A stretch of DNA of 64,000 nt from Nitrospirota bacterium. Its GTDB lineage: Bacteria > Nitrospirota > Nitrospiria > JACQBZ01. The stretch is taken from assembly GCA_016194285.1 (NCBI GenBank), contig JACQBZ010000020.1, forward strand, positions 1,994 through 65,993, read 5' to 3'. Below the pieces are notes generated by a model. It had not been told where the DNA came from and made no database searches. It was given only the letters and a program-made list of their open reading frames with translations. Positions 37,502 through 46,819 of the stretch are shown one piece after another. Within the stretch, counting starts at the first letter, position 1. Every line of letters begins with the position of its first letter. The position numbers and the translations under genes were made by a program.

Positions 37502-38180
37502 TAGCCCTCTCCCGAATTTCATCAACCGACGAGACCGTCGTTGCAGACCGCAGCGATTTTAATTCGCACAGCACGGCCGAGGCCGCCTCTCGGGGATTCG
37601 GAGCCTGAAGAATGGCCGAAATCACCGCCACGCCTTGGCCGCCGCTTTGGATCACTTCCAAAATTCGTTCAAGTCGTATTCCGCCGATCGCAAACACCGG
37701 AATGGCAACCTGGGAAGCCGCGGATCGGATCGCCGACGACCCCAACGGCCGACCCATCGACCGCTTGGAAGGGGTATCGTAAATCGGCCCCAGGACAACA
37801 AAATCAGCGCCCGCTCGTTGCGCCTCGATCACCTCTGAAACCGCGTGGGTGGACTGTCCGATAAGACGCTCCGGACCCAAGATCTTTCGCACCACCGGAA
37901 CCGGGAGGCTGTCGGCGCGGAGATGAACTCCATCGGCTCCGACCGCAAGACAGACATCCAACCGATCATTGATCAGAAGCCGGGCGCCGAACCGGGCCGT
38001 CAGCAACCGCATTTTTTCGGCCCACCGGAGAAACGCTCGTGCCGGAAGATCCTTTTCCCGGAGTTGAACGGCTCGAACCCCTCCCGCCAGGGCTCCCTCT
38101 ACAATCTCGTCCAAAGGACGGCCGCCGGTTTGGTGCCGATCCGTGACAAGATAAAGATCGAAATCGATCCGACGATTCAA
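37479..38180 (-). CDS. thiE: Thiamine-phosphate synthase
   Basis: LYLVTD, VQLREK, LINDR, DGVHL, STH, GPIYDTPSK, AIGGI. Confidence 0.93.
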   Translation of the reverse strand: MNRRIDFDLYLVTDRHQTGGRPLDEIVEGALAGGVRAVQLREKDLPARAFLRWAEKMRLLTARFGARLLINDRLDVCLAVGADGVHLRADSLPVPVVRKILGPERLIGQSTHAVSEVIEAQRAGADFVVLGPIYDTPSKRSMGRPLGSSAIRSAASQVAIPVFAIGGIRLERILEVIQSGGQGVAVISAILQAPNPREAASAVLCELKSLRSATTVSSVDEIRERAIDRSWVR

Positions 38181-38189
38181 TTCAGTCCT

Positions 38190-38966
38190 CTACTCAATTA
38201 TGCCCTCGATGGGACTGCTCGCATTCGCATAGAGTTTTTTAGGAATCCGGCCCGCTCGATACGCCAGCCGACCGGCCCAGACCGCGTACTTCATCGCCTC
38301 GGCCATCGCGATCGGGTCCTGCGCCCCCGCGATCCCGGTGTTCATCAAGACGCCGTCGCACCCCATCTCCATCGCGATCGCGGCATCGGACGCCGTCCCC
38401 ACGCCGGCGTCGACAATCACAGGAACCCTCACCGTTTCCCGGATAATCTGGATGTTGTAGGGGTTTCGAATCCCCAATCCCGATCCGATGGGGGCCGCCA
38501 ACGGCATGACGCAGGCACAGCCGATCTCCTCCAGTTTTTTGGCCACGATGGGGTCATCATTAGTATAGGGAAGGACGATGAACCCTTCCTTGACCAGGAT
38601 CTTCGCCGCCTCGATCAGACCGGCCGTATCCGGGAATAACGTCTTTTGATCCCCGATCACTTCCAACTTGACCAAGTTGGTGATGCCCGCGGCTTGGGCG
38701 AGCCGCGCGGTGCGGACGGCTTCATCCACCGTATAACAACCGGCCGTGTTGGGCAGGATCTTGTACTTCTGAGGATCAATATAATCGAGAAGGTTCTCCT
38801 TATTCCGGTCAATGATATTCACGCGGCGGACTGCCACCGTGACCATATCCGCGCCGGACACCTCAATCGCCCGTCGAGTCTGGTCAAAATCCTTGTACTT
38901 GCCCGTGCCGACGATGAGACGGGATCTCAGTTGAACGCCTCCAATCGTCAATAAATCATCTTTCAT
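38190..38966 (-). CDS. thiG: Thiazole synthase
   Basis: [41 protein letters not shown]. Confidence 0.96.
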   Translation of the reverse strand: MKDDLLTIGGVQLRSRLIVGTGKYKDFDQTRRAIEVSGADMVTVAVRRVNIIDRNKENLLDYIDPQKYKILPNTAGCYTVDEAVRTARLAQAAGITNLVKLEVIGDQKTLFPDTAGLIEAAKILVKEGFIVLPYTNDDPIVAKKLEEIGCACVMPLAAPIGSGLGIRNPYNIQIIRETVRVPVIVDAGVGTASDAAIAMEMGCDGVLMNTGIAGAQDPIAMAEAMKYAVWAGRLAYRAGRIPKKLYANASSPIEGIIE

Positions 38967-38986
38967 AAACGTCCGACCCCCCTCTT

Positions 38987-39199
38987 TTATCCCCCGCCAA
39001 CGAAATTGATGATCTCCAACCGATCCTCGTCATTTAAAACCGTGCGGGAGTAATCCTGTTTGTCCAAGATCCGAAGATTCAGTTCAACCGCCACCCGTTC
39101 CAGAGGGGTGCCCAGTTGTTCGAGCAAGCGCGCCACCGTGGTGTTCTTTTCGAACTCCCGGCGCTCTCCATTCACTACCAGCTGAATCCCCGTCGGCAT
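38987..39199 (-). CDS. thiS: Sulfur carrier protein
   Basis: [20 protein letters not shown]. Confidence 0.95.
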   Translation of the reverse strand: MPTGIQLVVNGERREFEKNTTVARLLEQLGTPLERVAVELNLRILDKQDYSRTVLNDEDRLEIINFVGGG

Positions 39200-39262
39200 C
39201 GCCTACCCCCACACTCCATGCCTCTCACGGCGAAACCGCAAACCGGCTTCTTGACTTCAAAT

Positions 39263-39292
39263 AAAAAAACCGTACTCGGTCAGGAAGTACGG
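39263..39292 (-). terminator. Intrinsic terminator, likely riboswitch expression platform
   Basis: CCGTACT-loop-AGTACGG then T7 on minus strand, between aptamer and thiS. Confidence 0.8.
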
Positions 39293-39387
39293 CTCACCTC
39301 GTGTGGTCTTATGATGCCGTAAATCATGTTGAAGAAGATCGGAACCACTCGATGGAGGGTTCTTCACGCCCGCTTCAACACCGGCAT

Positions 39388-39574
39388 ACTGCCGCTTCCC
39401 TCCGCCCGTATTATCGGGATCAGGTTCACAGGGTTGCCCGTTGACCTTTGTTCAGTGAAAAGTGCTAAGTGGTCTGTCATAATACTCAACTGAACACTTC
39501 ACACCAAACAGGAACGTCCGAGCTCTCAGCCCGACCTTCAATCCTTTCGCATCCGGTCGAGCACCCCCAGCAAT
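39388..39574 (-). ncRNA. TPP riboswitch with very long P3a
   Basis: GGGGUGC...GCUGAGA...ACCCUGUGAACCUGAUCCCGAUAAUACGGGCGGAGGGA; P1 AUUGCUG/CGGCAGU; upstream of thiS. Confidence 0.93.
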
Positions 39575-39578
39575 TTTC

Positions 39579-39608
39579 ATCATACATGAGCCCCGAAGAC
39601 ATTGTCAA
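39579..39608 (-). promoter_or_regulatory. Promoter of riboswitch-thi transcript
   Basis: TTGACA-18-TATGAT just upstream of P1. Confidence 0.65.
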
Positions 39609-39709
39609 TACCACTTTCGGGTCGAAGGAGTTCCCGATGAGGTTTGACTTTCCGACGGACCTTTTGCTACCATCCCCCTCGAATTCATTGCCATGGATAG
39701 GAGTCCAGT

Positions 39710-40681
39710 TTGCTGTCTTTCCTCGGGTATCGGCTCTTCCGATTCTTCATCTCGCTGGTCGGCGTCACCATTCTCACCTTCGGGATGATGCATCTGGCAC
39801 CCGGAGAGCCGACCGATCTTCAGACCACCTTGAATCCCCGGGTTTCGGCCCAGGCAAAAGAGAACCTGCGTAAACTCTACGGCCTGGACCAACCGCTTCA
39901 TGTCCAATATGCCCACTGGGTCAAACGGGTCGTGGCGTTGGATTTCGGCACCTCCTTTGTGGACGGCCAGAAGGTCGCCACCAAGATCGTGGAACGGATG
40001 CCGATCACGATCGTCATTAATCTCCTGTCTTTGATCTTGATCTTCATGATCGCCTTACCGATCGGCGTCTTCTCCGCCACGCATCCCTACACCTCTTTCG
40101 ACAAAGCCACCACGGTCTTCGTTTTTATCGGTTTTGCGATTCCCACTTTTTGGTTAGCCCTGTTAATGATGATCCTCTTCGGCGTCGTCCTGGGATGGCT
40201 TCCGATCTCCGGCTACCAATCTCTTGATGTCAGCGGGATGGCCCTTACGGAACGGCTGTGGGACTGGACGAAACATCTTCTCCTCCCCGTCTTCGTCTCG
40301 GCGTTCGGAGGCCTGGCCGGAATTTCACGCTATGCCCGGGCCGAGATGGTGGAGGTGATTCGGCAGGACTATATCCGGACGGCACGGGCGAAGGGCCTGA
40401 GCGAACCGGTCGTGGTCTATAAGCATGCCCTCCGAAATGCGTTGATCCCGATCATTACAATCCTGGGACTCTCGGTGCCCGGACTGATCGGGGGCAGCGT
40501 GATCTTCGAGTCCATCTATGCGATTCAAGGAATGGGACTTCTGTTCTATCAATCCGTGATGTCACGCGACTATCCGACGATCATGGGCATTATTATGATC
40601 GGAACGGTCCTGACACTGCTCGGAAATTTTATGGCGGACATATTTTATGCCATAGCGAATCCAACGGTCCGGCTCCATTGA
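39710..40681 (+). CDS. oppB: Oligopeptide ABC permease B
   Basis: YGLDQPL..QY, DFGTSF, DYIRTARAKGL, KHALRNAL, SRDYP. Confidence 0.92.
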   Translation: MLSFLGYRLFRFFISLVGVTILTFGMMHLAPGEPTDLQTTLNPRVSAQAKENLRKLYGLDQPLHVQYAHWVKRVVALDFGTSFVDGQKVATKIVERMPITIVINLLSLILIFMIALPIGVFSATHPYTSFDKATTVFVFIGFAIPTFWLALLMMILFGVVLGWLPISGYQSLDVSGMALTERLWDWTKHLLLPVFVSAFGGLAGISRYARAEMVEVIRQDYIRTARAKGLSEPVVVYKHALRNALIPIITILGLSVPGLIGGSVIFESIYAIQGMGLLFYQSVMSRDYPTIMGIIMIGTVLTLLGNFMADIFYAIANPTVRLH

Positions 40682-40699
40682 ACGCAATAGAGGATTTAG

Positions 40700-41554
40700 A
40701 TGGCAACGAAACAGCGAACAACCTTGGAACAATTCTGGAGACGATTTAAAAAAAATCGATCGGCGCTGGCCGGCGGCCTGATCGTTCTGTCCGTCTTTTT
40801 CATGGCCGTCCTGGCCCCCGTTCTGTCTCCGTACGATCCCGCCTATATCGATGTAGAAAGGATTTTAGTTGGACCGACGGAGGCCCATCCCCTCGGAACG
40901 GATGAACTCGGACGGGACGTCTTAAGCCGGATGATCTGGGGTTCGAGGATCTCGCTTCTGGTCGGATTTGTCGCGGTCGGGATCTTGATCCTGATCGGCA
41001 CCCTGATCGGCGCTGTGGCCGGCTACTACGGGGGTTGGCCCGATGATGTTCTGATGCAACTGGTAGACATCATGCTCTCCGTACCCACCTTTTTCCTGAT
41101 TTTAGCGGTGATCGCCTTCGTCGGACCGAATATATGGAACGTCATGATCATCATCGGCGCCACAAGTTGGATGGGTGTGGCCCGTTTTGTGCGGGGACAA
41201 TTCCTGGCCTTGAAAGAGGTGGATTATGTCACGGCGGCGCGGGCGGTGGGCGCAAAAGATCGAAGGATTATTTTTTTTCATATCCTTCCAAACGCGATGT
41301 CGCCGGTCTACGTCTCGGCCGTGCTGGGCGTCGCCGGCGCCATCCTGGTCGAATCTTCGTTGAGCTTCCTGGGCCTGGGCGTTCAGCCTCCGATGCCCAG
41401 CTGGGGGAATATTATCACGTCCGGAAAGGATATGATCGATATCGCCTGGTGGCTCACCCTCTTTCCCGGCCTCGCCATCCTGATCACGGTCCTGGGGTAC
41501 AACCTCCTCGGCGAGGGCTTGCAGGACGCATTAAATCCCCGACTTAAAGGGTAA
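40700..41554 (+). CDS. oppC: Oligopeptide ABC permease C
   Basis: HPLGTDELGRDV, DYVTAARAVG, HILPN, LSFLGLG, PSWG. Confidence 0.92.
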   Translation: MATKQRTTLEQFWRRFKKNRSALAGGLIVLSVFFMAVLAPVLSPYDPAYIDVERILVGPTEAHPLGTDELGRDVLSRMIWGSRISLLVGFVAVGILILIGTLIGAVAGYYGGWPDDVLMQLVDIMLSVPTFFLILAVIAFVGPNIWNVMIIIGATSWMGVARFVRGQFLALKEVDYVTAARAVGAKDRRIIFFHILPNAMSPVYVSAVLGVAGAILVESSLSFLGLGVQPPMPSWGNIITSGKDMIDIAWWLTLFPGLAILITVLGYNLLGEGLQDALNPRLKG

Positions 41555-41684
41555 CGAAGTCTTCACGGGTCGAGTCAGGGATAGCGGCGAGGAATTACGA
41601 TTGACTTTGATCCCCGGATCGGGACTAAAATGAATCGCCACCATTGATATAGACGGAGGCTCAACCCTTGATCCCGAACACGCC

Positions 41685-43937
41685 ATGAACAATCCCGCAA
41701 CCCGAAAACGTATCGTTTTAGCCATCGCGCTCACCGCCTTCCCGGCTGTCCTGCACGCTCAAGTGCCGATTCGGCACGAGTTAAAGGTGATCGTGCAGCC
41801 GGAAAACAACCATCTCGAAATTGAAGATACGATCAACGCTCCCCAATCCCTCCTCACCGCTTCGAAAAGGAAATTACATTTTCGGCTTCACGACGGATTC
41901 CAACCGGTATCGCCGACGGCCGGTGTCAAGTTGAATCGGGAAACAAACCCGAAACGGTCGGAGAAAAATCCCGGTCCGGATCATGCACAGGCCTCGGAGG
42001 AACGGTATACGCTTTCGCTCCCTCCCCATCAACGGGTCTTCGTCATCCGATACCAGGGCCGGATTAATCCTCCAATAAAATCGGCCCATCCGGCCGACGA
42101 TTCCGGTTTCGACGCGGGGGTCATCTCCGAGGAGGGGGTCTTTCTGACCGGAACGACCCAATGGTATCCGTGGTTCAACGACGACCCGGTCACCTTCTCG
42201 CTGGACGTGGACCTGCCGGAACCGTGGGAGGCGGTCAGCCAGGGTGAACGGACGCGGCATGAACAGAAGAAGGGGCGGATGGAAACCCGATGGGAATCTT
42301 CTCAGCCACAGGAGGAGATCCTGCTGATCGGCGGACCGTTTATCGAATACAACCGGTCGGCCGGCGACATCCAAGTCATGGCCTTTCTGCGGACACCGGA
42401 TGAAGAACTCGCCAACCGCTATCTGGAGGCCGGAGGTTCCTATCTGGCGATGTACGAGAAACTTCTCGGCCCATATCTATACAAGAAATTTGCGCTGGTC
42501 GAGAATTTTTGGGAGACGGGCTACGGACTGCCGTCAATGACGCTGTTGGGATCGGCCGTCATTCGCCTTCCTTTTATATTGTCCTCTTCTTACCCTCACG
42601 AAATCCTGCATAACTGGTGGGGCAACGGCGTCTTCGTCAATGACGAAAAGGGGAACTGGAGCGAAGGGCTGACGACGTACATGGCCGACTATCTCATACA
42701 GGAGCAGCAGGGAACCGCGTCGGAATACCGACGCACGGCGCTCCAGAAATATGCCGATTATGTCACCGAGCACAAAGATTTTCCACTGACCGAGTTCCGT
42801 GCGCGATACAGCCCGGCATCGGAGGCGGTCGGCTACGGCAAGACGATGATGTTCTTTCATATGCTCCGGAGGCGGCTGGGGGACGAGGCGTTTGTAAACG
42901 CTTTAAGAAACTTCTATCGTGAAAACCAAACTCGGCCCGCGACGTTCGACGATCTACGCGCCGCGTTTGCCGCGGTCGCCGGAGAAGATCTTAAAAGCGA
43001 ATTCGCCCAATGGGTCGGCCAAAGGGGTGCGCCCGCACTGAGTCTGAGCAGCGCCCAGACTCAAGTCCGTGGAAACGGATATCTCTTCACGGCCATCTTG
43101 GAACAAACGCAACCCGGTCCGGCATATCGCCTGCGCGTTCCCATCGCCGTGACGCTTGAAGGCCGGGAGAAGGCCTATCAGACCTCGGTAAAAATGGATG
43201 CAAAACGCTCTGGGCTCGCGGTGATTGTTCCGGGCCGTCCCTTGCGCCTGGACGTCGATCCGGAATTCGATCTGTTTCGTCGACTGACTCGCGACGAAAT
43301 TCCGCCGGCACTTTCGCAGTCATTGGGTGCTGAAAAGACCTTGTTTATTCTTCCATCCGATGCGGACGAAGCCGTTCGCCAGGGTTATCGACAGTTCGCC
43401 GAGTCGCTTTCGACCGTCTTGCAACAGTCTCCATCCGTTTCATTCGAGATCAAACTCGACCGCGAGGTCTCCGCACTGCCGACCGACCGCGCGGCATGGA
43501 TCCTGGGATGGGAGAATCGCTTTGTACCGAGCATCCCTACGGCCTTGACGGGGCGCGAACTGTCCATCTTGCAGAACGGTCTTCAGATCGGAGACACAAA
43601 GGTTGAACGGAAAGATCATGCGATCGTCGTCACGGCACGGCAACCACAAAACGCGAATGCGGCAATGACCTGGGTCGCGGCCGATTCCATCACGGCCCTT
43701 CCCGGCCTTGGGCGAAAACTGCCGCACTACGGCTCTTACAGCTACCTCGTCTTTGAAGGGGAAGAGCCGAAGAATATCCTGAAAGGCCGGTGGGACGTCC
43801 CGAACTCTCCCCTGTCGATTCTCGTGAAGCAACCCGATGACCGTCTGATCCCGACCCCGCGCGCGAAACTCGAAGCCCGCCGCCCGCTGGTCGAACGGAC
43901 AGAGCTACCGGCCCCGGTTTCCGACAAGCATCCGTGA
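41685..43937 (+). CDS. Secreted M1-family aminopeptidase
   Basis: Signal peptide, GYGLPSMT, HEILH..W (HExxH)...WSEGL, YGK.MMFFHML. Confidence 0.85.
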   Translation: MNNPATRKRIVLAIALTAFPAVLHAQVPIRHELKVIVQPENNHLEIEDTINAPQSLLTASKRKLHFRLHDGFQPVSPTAGVKLNRETNPKRSEKNPGPDHAQASEERYTLSLPPHQRVFVIRYQGRINPPIKSAHPADDSGFDAGVISEEGVFLTGTTQWYPWFNDDPVTFSLDVDLPEPWEAVSQGERTRHEQKKGRMETRWESSQPQEEILLIGGPFIEYNRSAGDIQVMAFLRTPDEELANRYLEAGGSYLAMYEKLLGPYLYKKFALVENFWETGYGLPSMTLLGSAVIRLPFILSSSYPHEILHNWWGNGVFVNDEKGNWSEGLTTYMADYLIQEQQGTASEYRRTALQKYADYVTEHKDFPLTEFRARYSPASEAVGYGKTMMFFHMLRRRLGDEAFVNALRNFYRENQTRPATFDDLRAAFAAVAGEDLKSEFAQWVGQRGAPALSLSSAQTQVRGNGYLFTAILEQTQPGPAYRLRVPIAVTLEGREKAYQTSVKMDAKRSGLAVIVPGRPLRLDVDPEFDLFRRLTRDEIPPALSQSLGAEKTLFILPSDADEAVRQGYRQFAESLSTVLQQSPSVSFEIKLDREVSALPTDRAAWILGWENRFVPSIPTALTGRELSILQNGLQIGDTKVERKDHAIVVTARQPQNANAAMTWVAADSITALPGLGRKLPHYGSYSYLVFEGEEPKNILKGRWDVPNSPLSILVKQPDDRLIPTPRAKLEARRPLVERTELPAPVSDKHP

Positions 43938-43950
43938 CCTGTAGGGTCGT

Positions 43951-45549
43951 TTACCGATACCACTCGGCCTTGTTCTTCGGCACGTACCAGTCGGTGGGAA
44001 AGTTGTACCAGATGCCGATGGGAGAGGGTGAAATTCCTTTGAACCGCTTGTGCAGCACCGGAAGGGCGTCGGGGTAATATAAAAAGGTGTACGGCTGGTC
44101 CTCCGCGATGAGGGCATGGATTTTGTTGTAGATCTTCTTCCGCTGGTCCTGATCGCAGGTATTCCGGCCCGCCAGCAAAAGTTGATCGACTTCCGGATTG
44201 TTGTACGAAACGAAGTTAAACTCCCCTTCCTTGGTCTTGCTGGAATGCCAGATGTCGTAGGCATCCGGATCGCGTCCCAACGACCATCCCAGAATAATCG
44301 CCTCAAACTTTTTCTTGTCTATGAACTGGTGGAGAAAGGCCTGCCATTCCAGGACACGTACCTCGACCTGGATCCCGATCTTTCGCAGGTTCTGTTGAAT
44401 GATCTCGGCCGTCTTTCGGCGTTCGTCATTTCCTTGATTCGTCAGGATGGTAAATTGAAATGGCTTCCCGTCCTTGTCCAGAATCCCGTCATTGTTGGTG
44501 TCCTTCCAGCCGGTCTCGGCCAGGAGCTGTCTGGCTTTTTCAGGGTTGTACTCGAACTTCGGCACGTCCGGGTTGTAGGCCCAGGATTCCGGCGGCACCG
44601 GCTGGGTCGCGGGCCGGCCGAGGCCGAACAAAACACCGTCAATCACCGATTGTCGGTTGATCGCGTACGCAATCGCCTGACGGACCCGTTTGTCCCGAAA
44701 TCGAGGGTCCAGAAGGTTATAACCCAGGTAAGTATAAGCAAACGCCGGGTAGCGGTATTTATTAAAATATTGTTTAAAATAGGCCGTATCGGTCTGACGC
44801 TGATACTGAAGCGGGCTCAATCCCATAAAGTCCAGACCGCCGGCTTTTAACTCCAGGAACATCGTCGCGTTGTCCGGAATGATCCGATAGATGTACTCCT
44901 CCACATGCGGTGGGCCTTCGAAATAGGTGTCGTTCGCCGTCAGGACGATCTTCTGGCCGGTGACCCATTCCTTCATTCGATAGGGACCGGTACCGATCGG
45001 CTTGCGATTGAATTCGGTCGTGTTAAGATCCGTGTTATCCAGAAGATGCTTCGGGATGATTCCCATGCCCCAGCTCGCCAGACCCGGCGCGAAGGGCTCT
45101 TTATAGACGACCTGAACGGTATACGGATCCGGCGCCGTTATCTTTTCAACCCGTTCAAAGTCGCCGCTGTAGGGCGTCGCTACCTTTGGGTCGATCGCTT
45201 TTTGATACGTAAAGAGAACGTCGGCCGCCGTGAATTCTTGGCCGTCTTGCCACTTCACCCCCTTGCGAAGCTTGAAGGTGACCTTTCGACAGTCCGGCGA
45301 GGCAGTAAAAGACTCGGCAAGATCCCCCACGAGGTTAATGTTCTTGTCGTACTTCACCAACCCGTTGAAGACCCAACCGCTGATATCTCCGGAGGCCGAG
45401 TCCGAAGCCAGCATCGGGATCAGTCGTTGGGCGTCCCCGATCGATCCCAGCGTGATCGCGTTCGGTTTCTCCGGTTCTCCCGCAGGAACGGCGACGGCCA
45501 ACAGCCATAACGCCGCGGCAATGATTACGATGGCGATCGCCCGAATCAT
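43951..45549 (-). CDS. oppA: Oligopeptide ABC substrate-binding protein
   Basis: SBP family 5 motifs: VFNGLV, FKLRKGVKWQDG..FTAADV.FT, PIGTGPY, RVRQAIAYAI. Confidence 0.9.
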   Translation of the reverse strand: MIRAIAIVIIAAALWLLAVAVPAGEPEKPNAITLGSIGDAQRLIPMLASDSASGDISGWVFNGLVKYDKNINLVGDLAESFTASPDCRKVTFKLRKGVKWQDGQEFTAADVLFTYQKAIDPKVATPYSGDFERVEKITAPDPYTVQVVYKEPFAPGLASWGMGIIPKHLLDNTDLNTTEFNRKPIGTGPYRMKEWVTGQKIVLTANDTYFEGPPHVEEYIYRIIPDNATMFLELKAGGLDFMGLSPLQYQRQTDTAYFKQYFNKYRYPAFAYTYLGYNLLDPRFRDKRVRQAIAYAINRQSVIDGVLFGLGRPATQPVPPESWAYNPDVPKFEYNPEKARQLLAETGWKDTNNDGILDKDGKPFQFTILTNQGNDERRKTAEIIQQNLRKIGIQVEVRVLEWQAFLHQFIDKKKFEAIILGWSLGRDPDAYDIWHSSKTKEGEFNFVSYNNPEVDQLLLAGRNTCDQDQRKKIYNKIHALIAEDQPYTFLYYPDALPVLHKRFKGISPSPIGIWYNFPTDWYVPKNKAEWYR

Positions 45550-45559
45550 TGTCGCACGG

Positions 45560-45997
45560 TCAAGGAGCCGTTTTGGGTGGAGTTTCCTGTGCCGGCGCCG
45601 GGGTCACTGGGGAAGGGACTGTCGGGGCTGGAGCCGTTGACTGTCCTTCGGCCGGATTCGCCGGTGCCGTCGCCGATGGGGCGGCCTCCCCGCCCGTTGC
45701 AGGCGGCGCGGGCGCTTCCGCAGCCGGAGCTTCTTTTTTCTTCAGATCCAACACGCTCGTGGATAAGAACCGTCCTTTGGACAGCACGGACAGACTCAGG
45801 GAAGTGAGCATAAAGATAACGGCGGCCGACACGGTCAGCTTGCTTAAAAACGTACCCGGGCCGCGGCTGCCGAAGACGGTCTGACTGGATCCTCCGAAAG
45901 AGGCGCCGATCTCGGCCCCCTTCCCGGCCTGAAGCAGGATCACGCCGACCATAATGAAGCTGACGATCACATGCAGGATGATCAACAAAACATACAT
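45560..45997 (-). CDS. secG: Preprotein translocase subunit
   Basis: ILLQAGKGAEIGASFGG.SQTVFGSRG..FLSKLT; Pro/Ala-rich tail. Confidence 0.93.
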   Translation of the reverse strand: MYVLLIILHVIVSFIMVGVILLQAGKGAEIGASFGGSSQTVFGSRGPGTFLSKLTVSAAVIFMLTSLSLSVLSKGRFLSTSVLDLKKKEAPAAEAPAPPATGGEAAPSATAPANPAEGQSTAPAPTVPSPVTPAPAQETPPKTAP

Positions 45998-46018
45998 TTC
46001 CTTTTTTTCCTCCTTTGA

Positions 46019-46819
46019 TTAGTGGGGACCCGTGCGGGCCTTCTCCAGTGTTTTAACGATGGCTGCAAATCCGTCGGGCTTGAGCGAGGCCCCGCCGACC
46101 AGCACACCGTCCAGATCTTTGATCGCCGCCAGATCCGCGATATTCCCGGGCGTCACGCTCCCGCCGTAGATTACCCGGATTGCCTCGGCCGAATCAGGAC
46201 CGAGGATTTTGGCCAGGTGTTGACGGATCAACGCGTGGACCTCCGAAATCTGAGCGGCGGTCGCCACCTGACCGGTTCCGATTGCCCAGATCGGCTCATA
46301 CGCGATCAACAGTCGATCGAACAGCCCGTTCGTTGCATCCGCAAGCCCCTTTTCGAGCTGCGCCCTCACAACGGCCGCCGTCTGACCCGTTCGGCGCTGC
46401 TCCAGCGTTTCTCCCACACAGACAACGGCGCTTAAACCCTCCCTCAATGCGGCGATTAATTTACGCCTCACCATCTCGTCCGTTTCGCCGAAGATCGTTC
46501 GACGTTCGGAATGGCCGATTAAAACGACCCGGCAACCGGCATCTTTGAGCTGGATCGGCGAGACTTCACCGGTGTAGGCCCCTTGGTCGTCCCAGTGAAC
46601 GTTCTGCGCTGCTAACAGAATGCCGGTCCCTTTCAGGACTTCCCCGACGGCTTGCAGGGCGGTGTAAGTCGGCGCGATCACGATCTCGACAAGCCGCGCA
46701 TCGCCCAACAGCTCGGACAGTTGTCGCGCGGCCGCCGTGGCTTCCGCGAGGGTCATGTGCATCTTCCAGTTCCCGATCGCGATGGGCCGTCTTCGAAAGG
46801 ATTTCGTCTTGGCGATCAC
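46019..46819 (-). CDS. tpiA: Triosephosphate isomerase
   Basis: GNWKM, GAYTGEVS, IGHSERR, AYEPIWAIGTG, YGGSV, LVGGASL. Confidence 0.97.
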   Translation of the reverse strand: MIAKTKSFRRRPIAIGNWKMHMTLAEATAAARQLSELLGDARLVEIVIAPTYTALQAVGEVLKGTGILLAAQNVHWDDQGAYTGEVSPIQLKDAGCRVVLIGHSERRTIFGETDEMVRRKLIAALREGLSAVVCVGETLEQRRTGQTAAVVRAQLEKGLADATNGLFDRLLIAYEPIWAIGTGQVATAAQISEVHALIRQHLAKILGPDSAEAIRVIYGGSVTPGNIADLAAIKDLDGVLVGGASLKPDGFAAIVKTLEKARTGPH

